The notes: generated by a model from the letters alone, not told the origin. Counted from the first letter of the stretch, positions 16,080 to 27,361 are shown. The stretch: DNA of 28,880 nt from Longimicrobiales bacterium (GCA_965197725.1 CBDANQ010000001.1:1-28880); one strand, 5' to 3'. Numbers and translations: made by a program.

Positions 16080-17538
16080 GGAAGGTGTCCCCGGCTCAGT
16101 TGAAGGTGGTGACTCCGAGGCTTTCGTGATTAACCTGCCATCTTCATTTCGGCAACCGGCTCGCGGTCATCGAGGTGAGCTTTGAGCATCCAGAGTTGGT
16201 CGAAGCCGACGATGCGTCGGTAGTTCTTCTCGGTCTCGACGAAGGAGGCAGCGGCCCATCTCAGTGCCATCGCTCCGTTCTTCCAGTTCGTCACCCTATA
16301 GGTCTTCTGCCTCACGCCTGCGTGGGTGCTGTCGATCAGGTTCGTGGTGCCGAGGCACTTCCTCAGCCGAGGCGGTAGCCCAAGCCGGTTGATTGTGAAC
16401 ATCTCACCCAGCCCCTCCCTCAGGCTCGCTGCGGCCGACGGCTGATCTCGTTCAAGCCACCGCGCGAGCTGCTCGAGTTTCTGCACGCCGTCCCTCGCAT
16501 CGAGCTTCCATGCTGCGCGGATCGCGGCCTTCACCTGCGGGTGCTGATCCTTCGGTAGGTGAGCGAGCACGTTTCTGAGCTTGTGATTTCGGCATCTCTG
16601 GACCGAGTGGCCCGCGCCGAACACCTGAACAATCGCCTTCCGTAACGCCTTCGAGCCATCGATCACGAACAGGCGTCGACGCTCGGGGTCCAGACCCCGC
16701 TCGACCAGATCCTGCAGCAGGGCCGTCGTCACTTCGGTGTTCTCACTCGCTCCCTGCCGCATCCCCAGCACGTGCTTCTTGCCGTCCGTGTCCACGCCCA
16801 CAGCCGCAAGTACATGGTGCGCACCGAGTTGGATACCGTCCAGGTAGATCACCAACAGATCCCATGCGTCCAGCCGCCGCTCCATCAGCTCCTTCAGCAC
16901 GCGCTCCGACGCTTCGATCGTCTCGCGGCTCACCGACGACTTGCTCACCCCCACCGTGTCGGCCATCTCGCCGATCACCTGGCCGTATTTCCGGGTGCTC
17001 ACACCTGCCATCAGGATCTCCAACATTCGGTCCGCCATGGCGCCCGGCCTGCGCATCGCCTCGTACGCTGGCACCTCGACCTCGCCGCCCTGGCCGCCAG
17101 TCCGCTCACGCAGCCGAGGCCGCTGGATACGGACCTTTCGGTCCGACAGGTAGACCTGACCGCCCTGGCGGCCGTACCAGACCGTCGCCCCCTCCTCGCG
17201 TGCCTTGCCCGATTGCTTCGGGCCCGCCACACCTTCGGCGCTCATCTCGAGTACCGCCTCGATCGTCGCTCGGCCCATCACCTGGACGACTTCGTCGATC
17301 GCGAGCTCCGTGTGCTCTACGAGCTCGACCATCGGCAGCAGGAACTGGCCTTCTCGCTTCACGAACTCAGCCATCGCACGCCTGTCCGTGTCACTCGCTA
17401 CTTCGTACGTTCTCTTCATCGTGGTGGCTCCGTTTTTGGGTTTTTAGCGCACCCGATCCTATCGGATCGGGCACCCTCGGAGCCACCACTTTTCTTTTCC
17501 CTCTTCAGGGACCTTCAACTACGGCTGGGTCAGCTTCC
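16080..17538 (-). mobile_element. IS256-family insertion sequence
   Basis: Imperfect 28-bp terminal inverted repeats (GGAAGGTGTCCCCGGCTCAGTTGAAGGT and GGAAGCTGACCCAGCCGTAGTTGAAGGT); no flanking direct repeat. Confidence 0.9.
16130..17419 (-). CDS. IS256/Mutator-family transposase
   Basis: GVSTRK, VSKSSVSR, IYLDG, GKKHVLG, VIDGSKAL, QRCRNHKLRN, TTNLIDS. Confidence 0.93.
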   Translation of the reverse strand: MKRTYEVASDTDRRAMAEFVKREGQFLLPMVELVEHTELAIDEVVQVMGRATIEAVLEMSAEGVAGPKQSGKAREEGATVWYGRQGGQVYLSDRKVRIQRPRLRERTGGQGGEVEVPAYEAMRRPGAMADRMLEILMAGVSTRKYGQVIGEMADTVGVSKSSVSRETIEASERVLKELMERRLDAWDLLVIYLDGIQLGAHHVLAAVGVDTDGKKHVLGMRQGASENTEVTTALLQDLVERGLDPERRRLFVIDGSKALRKAIVQVFGAGHSVQRCRNHKLRNVLAHLPKDQHPQVKAAIRAAWKLDARDGVQKLEQLARWLERDQPSAAASLREGLGEMFTINRLGLPPRLRKCLGTTNLIDSTHAGVRQKTYRVTNWKNGAMALRWAAASFVETEKNYRRIVGFDQLWMLKAHLDDREPVAEMKMAG

Positions 17539-17627
17539 CCCAGAGGTGCGGGATAGGGCAGTCACGGCTGGTGCCGGAAGAGGAGCGGCCACGAGGTCGG
17601 ACGAGGGAACGACGCGTCCCCAGACCC

Positions 17628-18404
17628 TTAGCTGGCCAGCTCTCGCAGAATCTCGTCGTGCAAGAGGCCGTTCGAGCTGACCCCCGATCCACCGTGCACC
17701 GTCGCGGCGCCCTCGAGTGTGGTGAAACGCCCGCCGGCCTCGGTCGCGATCGTGAGGAACGGGCCCGCGTCCCACGGTGCCGCGACGGGATCGACCTGCG
17801 CCTCGATACGTCCGGTCGCGACGAGCGCGTGTCCGTAACAGTCTCCCCACGTGCGTGAGTACGAGCAGCGCTGCTGAAGGCGCCGCCATCCGTCTCCCTC
17901 GGGGCGTGACAGGATCCGCTCCACGTCTGTCGTACAGATAACGGCGCTCTCGATCGCCTCGACGGGTGAGACGCTGCAAGGGTCTCCGTTCCAGGTACAA
18001 CCGAGCCCCGCTCCAGCGGCGATGGTCTCTTGCAGGGGAGGAAAGTGCGCGACACCTACCACGCTCTCGGCCTCGATCTCGATGCCGATGAGCACGCCGT
18101 AGAGCGGGACACCACGCATGAAGGAACGCGTGGCGTCGATGGGGTCGAGAATCCATCGAACGGGAGCACCCGCGTTGGATTCTCCGTACTCCTCGCCAAG
18201 GATCGAGTGCTCAGGGAACCGCTGCTCGACCCTCCGTCGAATCAGCTCTTCGGCTTCACGATCCGCGATCGTGACGGGCGAGCCGTCCCCCTTCGCGTCG
18301 TGATCCACGAGTCCCCCGAAGTACCGGAGTGTAAGCGCACCAGCCTGGTGAGCGAGAACGGTGGCGAACTCCAACAGGTCGCGGACCTGGTCTGAAGATG
18401 GCAC
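17628..18404 (-). CDS. Inositol monophosphatase family protein, probable histidinol-phosphatase (HisN-type)
   Basis: KGDGSPVTIADR, ILGEE, WILDPIDAT, RTWGDCYG and WD motifs. Confidence 0.85.
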   Translation of the reverse strand: MPSSDQVRDLLEFATVLAHQAGALTLRYFGGLVDHDAKGDGSPVTIADREAEELIRRRVEQRFPEHSILGEEYGESNAGAPVRWILDPIDATRSFMRGVPLYGVLIGIEIEAESVVGVAHFPPLQETIAAGAGLGCTWNGDPCSVSPVEAIESAVICTTDVERILSRPEGDGWRRLQQRCSYSRTWGDCYGHALVATGRIEAQVDPVAAPWDAGPFLTIATEAGGRFTTLEGAATVHGGSGVSSNGLLHDEILRELAS

Positions 18405-18412
18405 GGGACTCT

Positions 18413-19934
18413 TCAGGGAGAAGAGGCTGGAGGGGCTGCGGGACGTATGCCTTTTGCCGAATACATGTCCATGTCGGCTGCCTGGATCACGTCCGCCGTC
18501 GACTTCATCGACGCAGGATCGAACTCTGCGAGGCCGATGCTCACCGAGACGCCGTACTCGCCCAAGATCGCGTCGGAGTCGAGGCGCTCTTTGACCCGGT
18601 GCACGTAGGAACGGGCCCCGTCAGTATGACTCTCCGAGAGCACCGACATGAACTCGTCGCCGCCGTAGCGTGCGACCAGGTTCATTTCGCGGTTCTCGTC
18701 ATCGAGGATCTGCGCGAACGCGCGCAGGATGTCGTCACCGACTAGGTGCCCGAACGTGTCGTTGCAGTGCTTGAAGTCGTCCAGGTCGAAGACGATGACC
18801 ATCAAGCCACGACCCCCGTCGTGCCGCGGCGACTTCCTTGTCCAGATGAATCTGGAGCCTCCTCCGGTTCGGAAGTCCGGTCAGCGGGTCGGTCAGGGAG
18901 AGCGCCTGCAGGTTGGCGTGCAGTTTGGCGTTCGCGAGCGCCACCGACGCCTGACTCGCCAGCCGCTCCAGAACGGCTGCGTCGTCATCGGTGAAGTGGC
19001 GCGGAGACCGACTACCCGTGGAGAGTATGCCTGCGACCTGCCCGGCGATCATCAGCGGGGCACCGATGCCAGAGCCGGCCTCCAGATACTCGCGAAGGGT
19101 GTCGGGCACGAGCGGACTGGAGGCCAGGTCGTCGATAATGACCGGCTTATGCATCTCCAGCAGTTTCTCGCCGAGTTCGCCGTCCAGATCCCAGGTGAGG
19201 CCGACCGGTAGGCTGATCTCGCCTCTGGCTGCCGCGATACGCGCCACCCTTCCGTTCGGCCCCTCACAGAGCCACACCGAGGCCCCATCGACGTCCAGCA
19301 AGTCGAGTGCCGCGGCGACGACCTTACCCAGAATCTCCTTCGCGTCGAGCTCGCTCGTCAGCGCCCGTCCGATTTCTTCGATTTGTTCGGCCTCACGCCG
19401 GCGCTGCTGGAGCTCGGCGAACTGCTGAGCGTTGTCGATCGCGACGGCGGAGAGGTCCGCTATGCTCTGCAGCATCGTGAGATCGTCCTCCGAGTAGGCC
19501 TCGATGTCGTAGCTCTGAGCGCTGATCGCACCGATCATGCGGCCCTTGTGAATCATCGGGGCCGAGATGGCCGAGCAGGTTGCGTCTGTGTCGTCCTCTC
19601 CGAGCACGAGCAGCGACTCGTCGTCCAGGTGCTCGTTGACCATGGAGGCTCGCTGTGTGCGAATGACCTCAGAATCAGAGCCCCGGTACGACACGCCGAC
19701 TCTACTGACTTCGCCCCTGTCCGCGTAGTAGACGATGGTCGCCAGGTCTCGCCCCTGATCGTAAAGGGAGATATAGAATCCGGCGGCCTCCAGAACCTGG
19801 GCGGTCTCCCGATGGATCGCCGCGAACAGTTCGTCCGAACTGAGCGTGCCCGTTAGAGCCCGAGTCGTATCGAGAAGAACTCGGTAGCGCTCCGAAGTAT
19901 TCGTTGGATCGACGCGACTGGCGGGTTTGGACAT
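18413..19934 (-). CDS. GAF-GAF-GGDEF diguanylate cyclase, split by one extra base in the C5 run at 18813-18817
   Basis: Two GAF domains, LTDPLTGLPNRR, then in the next frame FDLDDFK, FGHLVGD and RYGGDEF; removing one base fuses the two ORFs. Confidence 0.85.
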
Positions 19935-20071
19935 GGACAACAGACCATTCTGCGGCCGAGCTGCCACGGTCGCGGAGTAAGGTTCCAGATTCGCACCATA
20001 ATAAGTGGGCGTCGATAGGCCTCACAATGATCTCGTGCACGAACCGGGAATTCGCCGGCCGAGCGGGAGGA

Positions 20072-20821
20072 TCAGCCGTCCTTCAAGCGATCAAAGTAGT
20101 GCCCGATCTCGTAGCCGATGGCGCCGAGTAGGCGGGCCTCCCGCAGGTCGGGCTCCGACCGGGAGATGATGGTGCGCAGTGTGCGCATCACCGCGGCTGG
20201 CTCCCTAGCCTTGTAGAACTCGATCCGGCTCAAGCCGCGCTCGATCGCCGTGAAGGTCTCCTCGAGCTCCGCTCGAGTGGGGGGCCGCGTCGCCCTGCGA
20301 CCCTGCGGAAGGTCCGGGTCCGATGAGTCGAGGGCCAGGAAGACCTCGTACGCGAGCACGAGGCACGCCTGAGCCAAGTTTAGGCTCGAATACTCGGAGT
20401 CCGTGGGAATGATCGACACCGCGTGGCAGAGGTCCAGTCCCTCGTTCGTGAGGCCGCGATCTTCGCGGCCCAGCAAAATCGCGACCGTCCCGTCCTGAGC
20501 CCGTTCCGCCATTCTGGCTGCGGCTTCTCGAGGCCAAAGATACTTACGCCCCGCGGTGCGCGGGCGGGCGGTCGTTCCCACGACGAACGAAACGTCGGCG
20601 ACCGCATCTTCGAGGGAATCGTGCCGCGTGGTCGCTTCGATGAGGTCGCCGCTCCGGTGCGCGATTCCCTCGATGCGGTACGCGTTGAATTCATCCGGGT
20701 TCACGAGACGGAGTTTGCCGAGCCCGAAATTGTTCATGACTCGGATCACTCCGGCGATGTTCACTACGTCCTTGGGGTGATCGAGCGCGATCACGACGTT
20801 GGAGAGACCGGTTCTGGGCAT
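20072..20821 (-). CDS. trmJ: SpoU/TrmH-family RNA methyltransferase, TrmJ-like
   Basis: NIAGVIRVMNNFG, VGTTAR, GREDRGLTNE, SSLNLAQA. Confidence 0.8.
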   Translation of the reverse strand: MPRTGLSNVVIALDHPKDVVNIAGVIRVMNNFGLGKLRLVNPDEFNAYRIEGIAHRSGDLIEATTRHDSLEDAVADVSFVVGTTARPRTAGRKYLWPREAAARMAERAQDGTVAILLGREDRGLTNEGLDLCHAVSIIPTDSEYSSLNLAQACLVLAYEVFLALDSSDPDLPQGRRATRPPTRAELEETFTAIERGLSRIEFYKAREPAAVMRTLRTIISRSEPDLREARLLGAIGYEIGHYFDRLKDG

Positions 20822-20877
20822 GGGCGGGAGAATGGTGCGGCTGGGCCGCGCCTGCAAACGATGGAGCGCGGGAGGGA

Positions 20878-21069
20878 CTACTCCTCGTCTTCTTCCGGAT
20901 CGTCCGGGCTCTGCAGCTCGCCCTTGAAGTTCCGGATGCCCGAACCGAGTCCGCGGGCGAGCAGCGGGAGCTTCTTGGCGCCGAACAGGAGCATGACCAC
21001 CGCGAAGACCAGGAATATCTCCCAGAAGCCGAATATGATGAGGCCCAGGGACGGAGTGAGGTAGCTCAT
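20878..21069 (-). CDS. tatA: Twin-arginine translocase TatA/TatE subunit
   Basis: EIFLVFAVVMLLFGAKKLP...GLGSGIRNFK; ATGA overlap with the upstream gene. Confidence 0.9.
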   Translation of the reverse strand: MSYLTPSLGLIIFGFWEIFLVFAVVMLLFGAKKLPLLARGLGSGIRNFKGELQSPDDPEEDEE

Positions 21070-22232
21070 CGCATGAGTGCCTTGGCTATGGTCTGCCTTT
21101 GCATGTTCGACGTACCCTCGTAAATCGTGCCGATCTTGGCGTCCCGATACAGCTTCTCTACCGGATACGCCTTCGTGAATCCATAACCACCATGCAGGTC
21201 GATGCACAGTGACGCCACCCGCTGAGCCATCTCGGACGCGAAGAGCTTTGCCATCGCGGCCTGGGTGAGGAACGGCTGACCCCCATCTTTCAGGCGTGCC
21301 GCGTTGTAAACCAAGAGCCGCCCGGCCTCGATTTCCGTTGCCATTTGTGCCAGTTGGAACTGAACGCCCTGGAACGAGACGATGGCGCGCCCGAACTGCT
21401 CTCTCTCGTTCACGTAGCGAACGGTGTGGTCGAGCGCCCCCTGCGCGAGGCCCAGCATTTGGGCGCCGATGCCGATACGCCCTTCGTTGAGCGTCTCGAT
21501 CGCGACCTTATATCCTGCGCCGACCTCGCCGAGCACGCCCTCGGGAGCGACTCGCACGTCCTCGAGGATCAATTCCGTGGTCGAGGACGCGCGGATGCCG
21601 AGCTTGTCCTCCTTCTTGCCGACCGTGAATCCGTCGGAGTCTCGCTCGACCAAGAACGCGGTGATGCTCTTGTAGCTGGCGTCCGGGTCTACGGTCGCGA
21701 ACACGATGAACAACCCGGCCTCGGCGCCGTTCGTGATCCACATCTTCTGGCCGTTGAGGATCCAGCCGGCGTCATCCTGGGTTGCCCGACACTCCAGCGC
21801 GAAAGCGTCCGAGCCGCTACCGGCCTCGGAGAGCGCGTACGCACCCACGGTGTCCGCAGCGAGTTGGGGATAGTAGCGAGCCTTCTGATCGTCGGATCCC
21901 CAACGTCGGAGGGCATTGGTGACCAGGGTGTTCTGCACGTCGACCAGGACCCCGATGGCGGGGTCGACCTTCGACAGCTCCTCCACGACCAGCACCGACG
22001 TGAAGAAATCCGCTCCGGTCCCCCCGTACATCTCGGGGACCTCGACACCCATCAAGCCGAGTTCGAAGAGCTGATCGATCAGCCCCCGATCCATCTGCTG
22101 GGCCTGATCCATAGCCATCGCCCTTGGGGCTACCTCGGAGACGGCGAAGTCGCGCACGGCCTCCTGTAACATCCTTTCTTGTTCACTGAGGCTCGTGAGC
22201 GCACGCGGGGCATCGTGGATCAGCGTATGCAT
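21066..22232 (-). CDS. Acyl-CoA dehydrogenase (short/branched-chain type)
   Basis: YALSEAGSGSD, KMWITNG, KLGIRASST, REQFG, HGGYG, IYEGTSN. Confidence 0.95.
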   Translation of the reverse strand: MHTLIHDAPRALTSLSEQERMLQEAVRDFAVSEVAPRAMAMDQAQQMDRGLIDQLFELGLMGVEVPEMYGGTGADFFTSVLVVEELSKVDPAIGVLVDVQNTLVTNALRRWGSDDQKARYYPQLAADTVGAYALSEAGSGSDAFALECRATQDDAGWILNGQKMWITNGAEAGLFIVFATVDPDASYKSITAFLVERDSDGFTVGKKEDKLGIRASSTTELILEDVRVAPEGVLGEVGAGYKVAIETLNEGRIGIGAQMLGLAQGALDHTVRYVNEREQFGRAIVSFQGVQFQLAQMATEIEAGRLLVYNAARLKDGGQPFLTQAAMAKLFASEMAQRVASLCIDLHGGYGFTKAYPVEKLYRDAKIGTIYEGTSNMQRQTIAKALMR

Positions 22233-22474
22233 CCCCTAAGCTATAGCCATGGTGTCCGGGGACGCACCTATGGCGTGCACCGCGCGCTGGCCTCGGACCG
22301 GGTGCGGAGGCCGTGCGGCAGGACGATTCTCGCAAGCAGCGCTTTGAAGCTGAGCGTCGAAACACGGGGCTTCCGGTGTGCGCCCGGAGCGCCAAAGTGC
22401 GAGGGTTGACCTTCGGTCAAAAGCCCGTCATCCTCAGGGCTCCTGAGCCCCGAGAAAACGTTGGAGAAAGGCGC

Positions 22475-22861
22475 ATGTCCGACATTCCGAGCGACCTCCG
22501 GTATACCGAAGAGCACGAGTACCTGAAGTTGGCAGGTGACAATGGAGTCTACTTCGTGGGCATCACGGAATACGCCCAAGGTGAGCTCGGGGACGTCGTC
22601 TTCGTGGAGCTGCCGGAGTCGGGATCTTCATTCGACCGCATGGAGGTGTTCGGCACGATCGAGGCCGTAAAGGCGGTGAGCGACCTGTACTGTCCGGTCG
22701 ACGGTACGATCGTGGAAGTGAACGCGGCCCTCGATGATGACCCCTCGTTGGTCAATTCCGACCCCTACGGCGCGGGGTGGATGATCAAGCTGAAGGTTGC
22801 GGATGACGAGGAAGTGCGGGGGCTGCTGACTTCGGACGGCTACGCGGACCACGTCAGATGA
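22475..22861 (+). CDS. gcvH: Glycine cleavage system H protein
   Basis: [28 protein letters not shown], lipoyl Lys in [19 protein letters not shown]. Confidence 0.95.
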   Translation: MSDIPSDLRYTEEHEYLKLAGDNGVYFVGITEYAQGELGDVVFVELPESGSSFDRMEVFGTIEAVKAVSDLYCPVDGTIVEVNAALDDDPSLVNSDPYGAGWMIKLKVADDEEVRGLLTSDGYADHVR

Positions 22862-22877
22862 AGGTCGAGACCGCTCG

Positions 22878-25756
22878 ATGACCCGGATCGATGCTCCCGC
22901 AGACTTCGAAGCACGCCACTTAGGGCCCGACCACGCCGACGTGGCCGCCATGCTAGAGGCGCTTGGATACGACTCGCTCGTTAGCCTGGTGGGCGACACG
23001 GTCCCGACCTCCATCCGCATGGAGGGGGATCTCCGGTTGCCCGGGGCTCTGACCGAGGCTCAGCTGCTGGCCAGGCTGCGCGAGATCGCTTCGGAAAACC
23101 GGGTCTTCCGGTCCTATCTCGGCATGGGGTACAGCGACACGCTCGTGCCAGGCGTGATCCTCCGCAACATCATGGAGAATCCCGGCTGGTATACGCAGTA
23201 CACGCCCTACCAAGCTGAAATCGCCCAGGGCCGTCTGGAAGCGCTGCTCAACTTCCAGACGATGGTGATCGATCTTACGGGCCTCGACATCGCGAATGCG
23301 TCGTTGCTCGATGAGGCGACCGCCGCGGCGGAGGCGATGCACCTCGCGCGTGCCGAAGCCAAGGGGGACGCAAACACCTTCTTTGTGTCCGAATCGTGCC
23401 ACCCACAGACGATCGAGGTCGTGAAGACACGCGCCTGGCCGCTCGGGATCGAGGTGGTCGTGGGGGATCACGACGGCTTCGGGCTACACGACGGCGTCTT
23501 CGGTGTCTTGCTCCAGTACCCGTGTACGGACGGCAGCGTGATCGACTACCGCCCGTTCGTGGCTCGGGCCAAAGCCCTCGGTGCGGCAGTTGTGGCCGCG
23601 AGCGATCTCATGTCGCTCGCGTTGCTCACGCCGCCTGGGGAGTGGGGCGCCGATGTGGTCGTTGGCAGCTCGCAGCGCTTTGGGGTGCCGATGGGCTTCG
23701 GGGGGCCACACGCCGCGTTCATGTCCGCCACGGAGTCCTTCAAGCGGAAGATGCCTGGCCGCATCATCGGGGTCTCCGTGGACGCCGACGGTGACCAGGC
23801 GCTGCGCATGGCGCTGCAGACGCGTGAGCAGCACATCCGTCGGGAGAAGGCCACGTCGAACATCTGCACCGCTCAGGTGCTGCTTGCCATCATGGCTGGC
23901 GCGTACGCGGTGTATCACGGTCCGGACGGCATCAAGACGATCGCCGAACGGATCCGCGACCTGGCGGGAGTTCTGTCGGCCGGACTCGGCTTGCTTGGAC
24001 ACGAACTGCTTACGGAGACGTTCTTCGACACCATTCACGTGCGTCCGCCCTTTGACGCCGGTGACGTACTCGGGCGTGCGGTCGAAGCCGGCATCAACCT
24101 GAGGGATTTCGGCGACGGGTCGCTGGGTATCGCCCTCGACGAGGTCACGACGTCATACGACGTGGACGACCTCTTCACGATCTTCAACGGTGGCTCGCCG
24201 GCGGAGTTCTCCGCCCGAGAGCTTTCGAAGCGGGGAGGGGCGCCTGAGCTGCCTGTTTGGGCTCGTCGAACCACGCCGTATCTCGAGCACGAAGTCTTCC
24301 ACCGGTACCATTCCGAGACGGAGATGCTCCGATACCTGCACAGGCTGGAGTCGCGCGACCTCTCGTTGAATACGAGCATGATTCCGCTCGGCTCGTGCAC
24401 GATGAAGCTGAACGCGACCAACCAGATGGCGGGCTTGACGTGGCCTGAGATCGGTCGGCTCCATCCGTTCGCACCGGCGGACCAGGCGCAAGGCTATGCC
24501 ACTCTCTTCGCCGAGCTCGAACAGTGGCTCGCGGAGATCAGCGGTTTCGTCGCAACGTCACTGCAGCCCAACTCGGGCGCACAAGGCGAGTTCACGGGCC
24601 TGCTGACGGTGCGGGCGTACCACCGGGACCGGGGGGAGACCACAGAAACGTCTGTCTCATCCCCGCGTCGGCGCATGGGACGAACCCCGCGAGCGCGGTC
24701 ATGGCCGGGATGAACGTCGTCGTAGTGAAGAGCACGGACGGCGGCACGATCGACGTCGTGGACCTAAAGACCAAGGCGACCGAGCACGCGCACGACCTCG
24801 CGGCGATCATGGTCACCTACCCCTCCACGCACGGCGTCTTCGAGGAAGAGATTCGTGAAGTTTGCCGCATCGTTCACGAGAACGGAGGGCTCGTCTACCT
24901 GGACGGAGCGAACCTGAACGCACAAGTGGGTCTTGCACGTCCCGGCGACTACGGTGCGGACGTGTGTCACATCAACCTGCACAAGACATTCGCGATTCCT
25001 CACGGCGGTGGTGGCCCGGGGATGGGCTCGATTTGCGTGAACGACAAGCTCGCGCCCTACCTGCCGGGCCACCCGATCCACAAGGTAGGCGGGAAGAAAG
25101 CGATCGGCGCTGTGTCTGCGGCTCCGTGGGGAAGCGCGAGTATCCTCGTGATCTCCTGGGCGTACATTGCGATGCTGGGCCCGGACGGTGTACGCCGCGC
25201 CTCTGAGGTCGCGATCCTCGGTGCCAATTACATGGCGAAGCGGCTCGAGGCCCACTTCGACATCCTGTACCGGAGTGAGAGCGGGCTCGTCGCGCACGAG
25301 CTCATCGTGGACCTGCGCCCGCTCAAGCGCGCCACAGGCATCACCGAAGAGGACGTCGCGAAGAGGCTCATCGACTACGGCTTTCACGCGCCGACGGTAT
25401 CGTTTCCGGTGATCGGCACGCTAATGATCGAGCCGACCGAGAGCGAGCCGAAGGAGGAGTTGGATCGCTTCGTCGACGCACTCATTTCGATTCACGCGGA
25501 GATCCAGCAGGTCCAGATGGGCATCGCAGACGCCAAGGACAACCCGCTCAAGAATGCGCCGCACACCGCCGCGATGTGTACGGCGGACGAGTGGGTCCAC
25601 TCGTACTCGAGGTCCCAGGCGGCCTACCCGACTCCGTGGACGCGCGAGTTCAAGTTCTGGCCGCCGGTACGACGCGTGGACAACGCGTACGGGGACCGGA
25701 ACCTCGTCTGCTCGTGGCCGCCGGTCGAGGTGTACGCCGAGACCGAGGGCGAGTAG
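22878..25756 (+). CDS. gcvP: Glycine dehydrogenase (P protein), single chain, with a 1-nt frameshift at the G run 24631-24636
   Basis: [47 protein letters not shown], then in the next frame [10 protein letters not shown] and the PLP motif HINLHKTF. Confidence 0.93.
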
Positions 25757-25891
25757 GGGCCGGGGCGCGGCCGGCCGCGTCGGCTCCGCCGGACGTCAAT
25801 GGCTGGTTCGTTACCAGCGTTGCCGCCGACTTGCGCGAACTCCATCTTCCCCTCAGGGCTCACCCCAAGCCACGTTCAGAACTGCTGCTCA

Positions 25892-26575
25892 ATGGCCAAG
25901 CTTACCTTCTACGGTCACGCGACCTTCGGGCTCGAGACGGACAACGGCACGACGCTGGTGATCGACCCCTTCTTCGGGGACAATCCCGCGTGCGGCGTAT
26001 CGGTGGACGACGTGGCAGCCGACTTCATCTTGCTGACCCACGGCCACTATGACCACGTGGCGGACGCGATCCCCCTCTCCGAGAAGACCGGTGCGACGAT
26101 CATCGCATCGTTCGAGATCGCGACCTACATGGAGGGGAAGGGACGGCCCGTAAGTCCTCAACATATCGGAGGAGGCGTCGACTACCCGTTCGGCTACGTG
26201 AAAATGACGCCCGCGCTGCACGGCGGTAAGCTCGATCTCCCCGGGGGCGAAGCGTTCACCACGGTGCCCGGAGGCTTCCTCATCAACCTCGCGAGCGGAC
26301 AGCGCTTGTACCACGCTGGGGACACGAGCCTGCTCACGGATATGCAGCTGCTCCAGGGCATGGTCGACGTGGCTGTTCTTCCCATCGGCGACCGCTTCAC
26401 CATGGGTCCGGCCGACGCGGTGCGGGCCGTCGACTTCATCGCGCCGCGCGTCGTGATCCCGTGCCACTACAACACATGGCCACCGATCGAACAGGACGCC
26501 GGAGCGTTCGCGGCTGCCGTCGGTGACCGTGCGCAGGTGGAAGTGATGGCGCCCACGGCCCTCTTCGAGTTCTGA
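25892..26575 (+). CDS. UPF0173-type metal-dependent hydrolase (metallo-beta-lactamase fold)
   Basis: GHATF, IDPF, THGHYDH, YHAGDT, LPIGDRFTMG, PCHYNTW. Confidence 0.9.
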   Translation: MAKLTFYGHATFGLETDNGTTLVIDPFFGDNPACGVSVDDVAADFILLTHGHYDHVADAIPLSEKTGATIIASFEIATYMEGKGRPVSPQHIGGGVDYPFGYVKMTPALHGGKLDLPGGEAFTTVPGGFLINLASGQRLYHAGDTSLLTDMQLLQGMVDVAVLPIGDRFTMGPADAVRAVDFIAPRVVIPCHYNTWPPIEQDAGAFAAAVGDRAQVEVMAPTALFEF

Positions 26576-27361
26576 TGGCTAGTGCAAAAGAGGGCGGCCT
26601 CACCTGGCGCGTGATCTTGGACGAGGCGGGGTCCGGCGCGCACAACATGGCGCTGGACCACGCGCTGGCCATGTCAGCGCGACGTGGGCAAGGCGTGCTG
26701 CGACTGTACTCGTGGACGTCCCGGACCGTGTCGTTCGGCAGACACGAGCCGGTGAACGGGGTCTACGACCGGAGTGCCGCGGATGCCGCCGGAATCGAGT
26801 TCGTTCGGCGGCCGACCGGCGGGCAGGCCGTTCTTCACGACGCCGAGCTGACCTATGGACTGGTGCTTCCCGACCGCACCTATGGTGGCCCGAGGGGCGT
26901 CTACATCAAGATCCACGAGGGCCTGGCGCACGGCCTGAACCAGTTGGGGGTCGAGGCTGAGGTCGCGGCAGGCAGCGTCGTGCTCACGCCGGACGCGGGC
27001 CCGTGCTTCCAGGTCCCGGCCCCGGGGGAGGTCGTCGTGGGTGGACAGAAACTCGTGGGCAGCGCTCAGGTCAGGATCGGGAACGCCCTACTCCAGCACG
27101 GTTCGATCATCTTGGATGGGGACCAGAGCGAATTGAATCTGCTCAATTCGACTGCTGATCGGGTCCCGGCTCCCGCGACGCTTCGCGCGCTGGTCGGTGA
27201 GGTGAGCACCTGGGGACCTCGCCGAAGCGATCACGGGCGGACTTCAGGTTGTGTTAGGAGGCGAGTGGACCGAGGGTGAGTATCGCTCGGGCGAGGTCGA
27301 AGAGGCTGAATGGCTGGAGAAGGAGCGTTACGGGAACGACGAGTGGACCTGGCGACAGTGA
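26575..27361 (+). CDS. Lipoate-protein ligase A / LipM-like octanoyltransferase, with a frameshift near 27210-27215
   Basis: NMALD, LRLYSW, VRRPTGGQAVLHD, KLVGSAQ, LQHGSI; the alternative frame continues GDLAEAIT...ERYGNDEWTWRQ to a stop at 27361. Confidence 0.85.

Noticed and set aside
22233..22474. Glycine riboswitch upstream of gcvH
   Set aside because: No recognisable tandem aptamer pattern by eye; an Rfam scan would settle it.
24524..24713. gcvP appearing as two ORFs, as in gcvPA/gcvPB or programmed frameshifting
   Set aside because: The break falls inside the second half at a G6 run, not at the PA/PB boundary, and one added base restores the frame. Similar indels in three other genes point to sequencing error.
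27205..27279. Lipoate ligase with a novel Arg-rich tail
   Set aside because: The canonical C-terminus continues in another frame to 27361, so this is a probable indel artefact.
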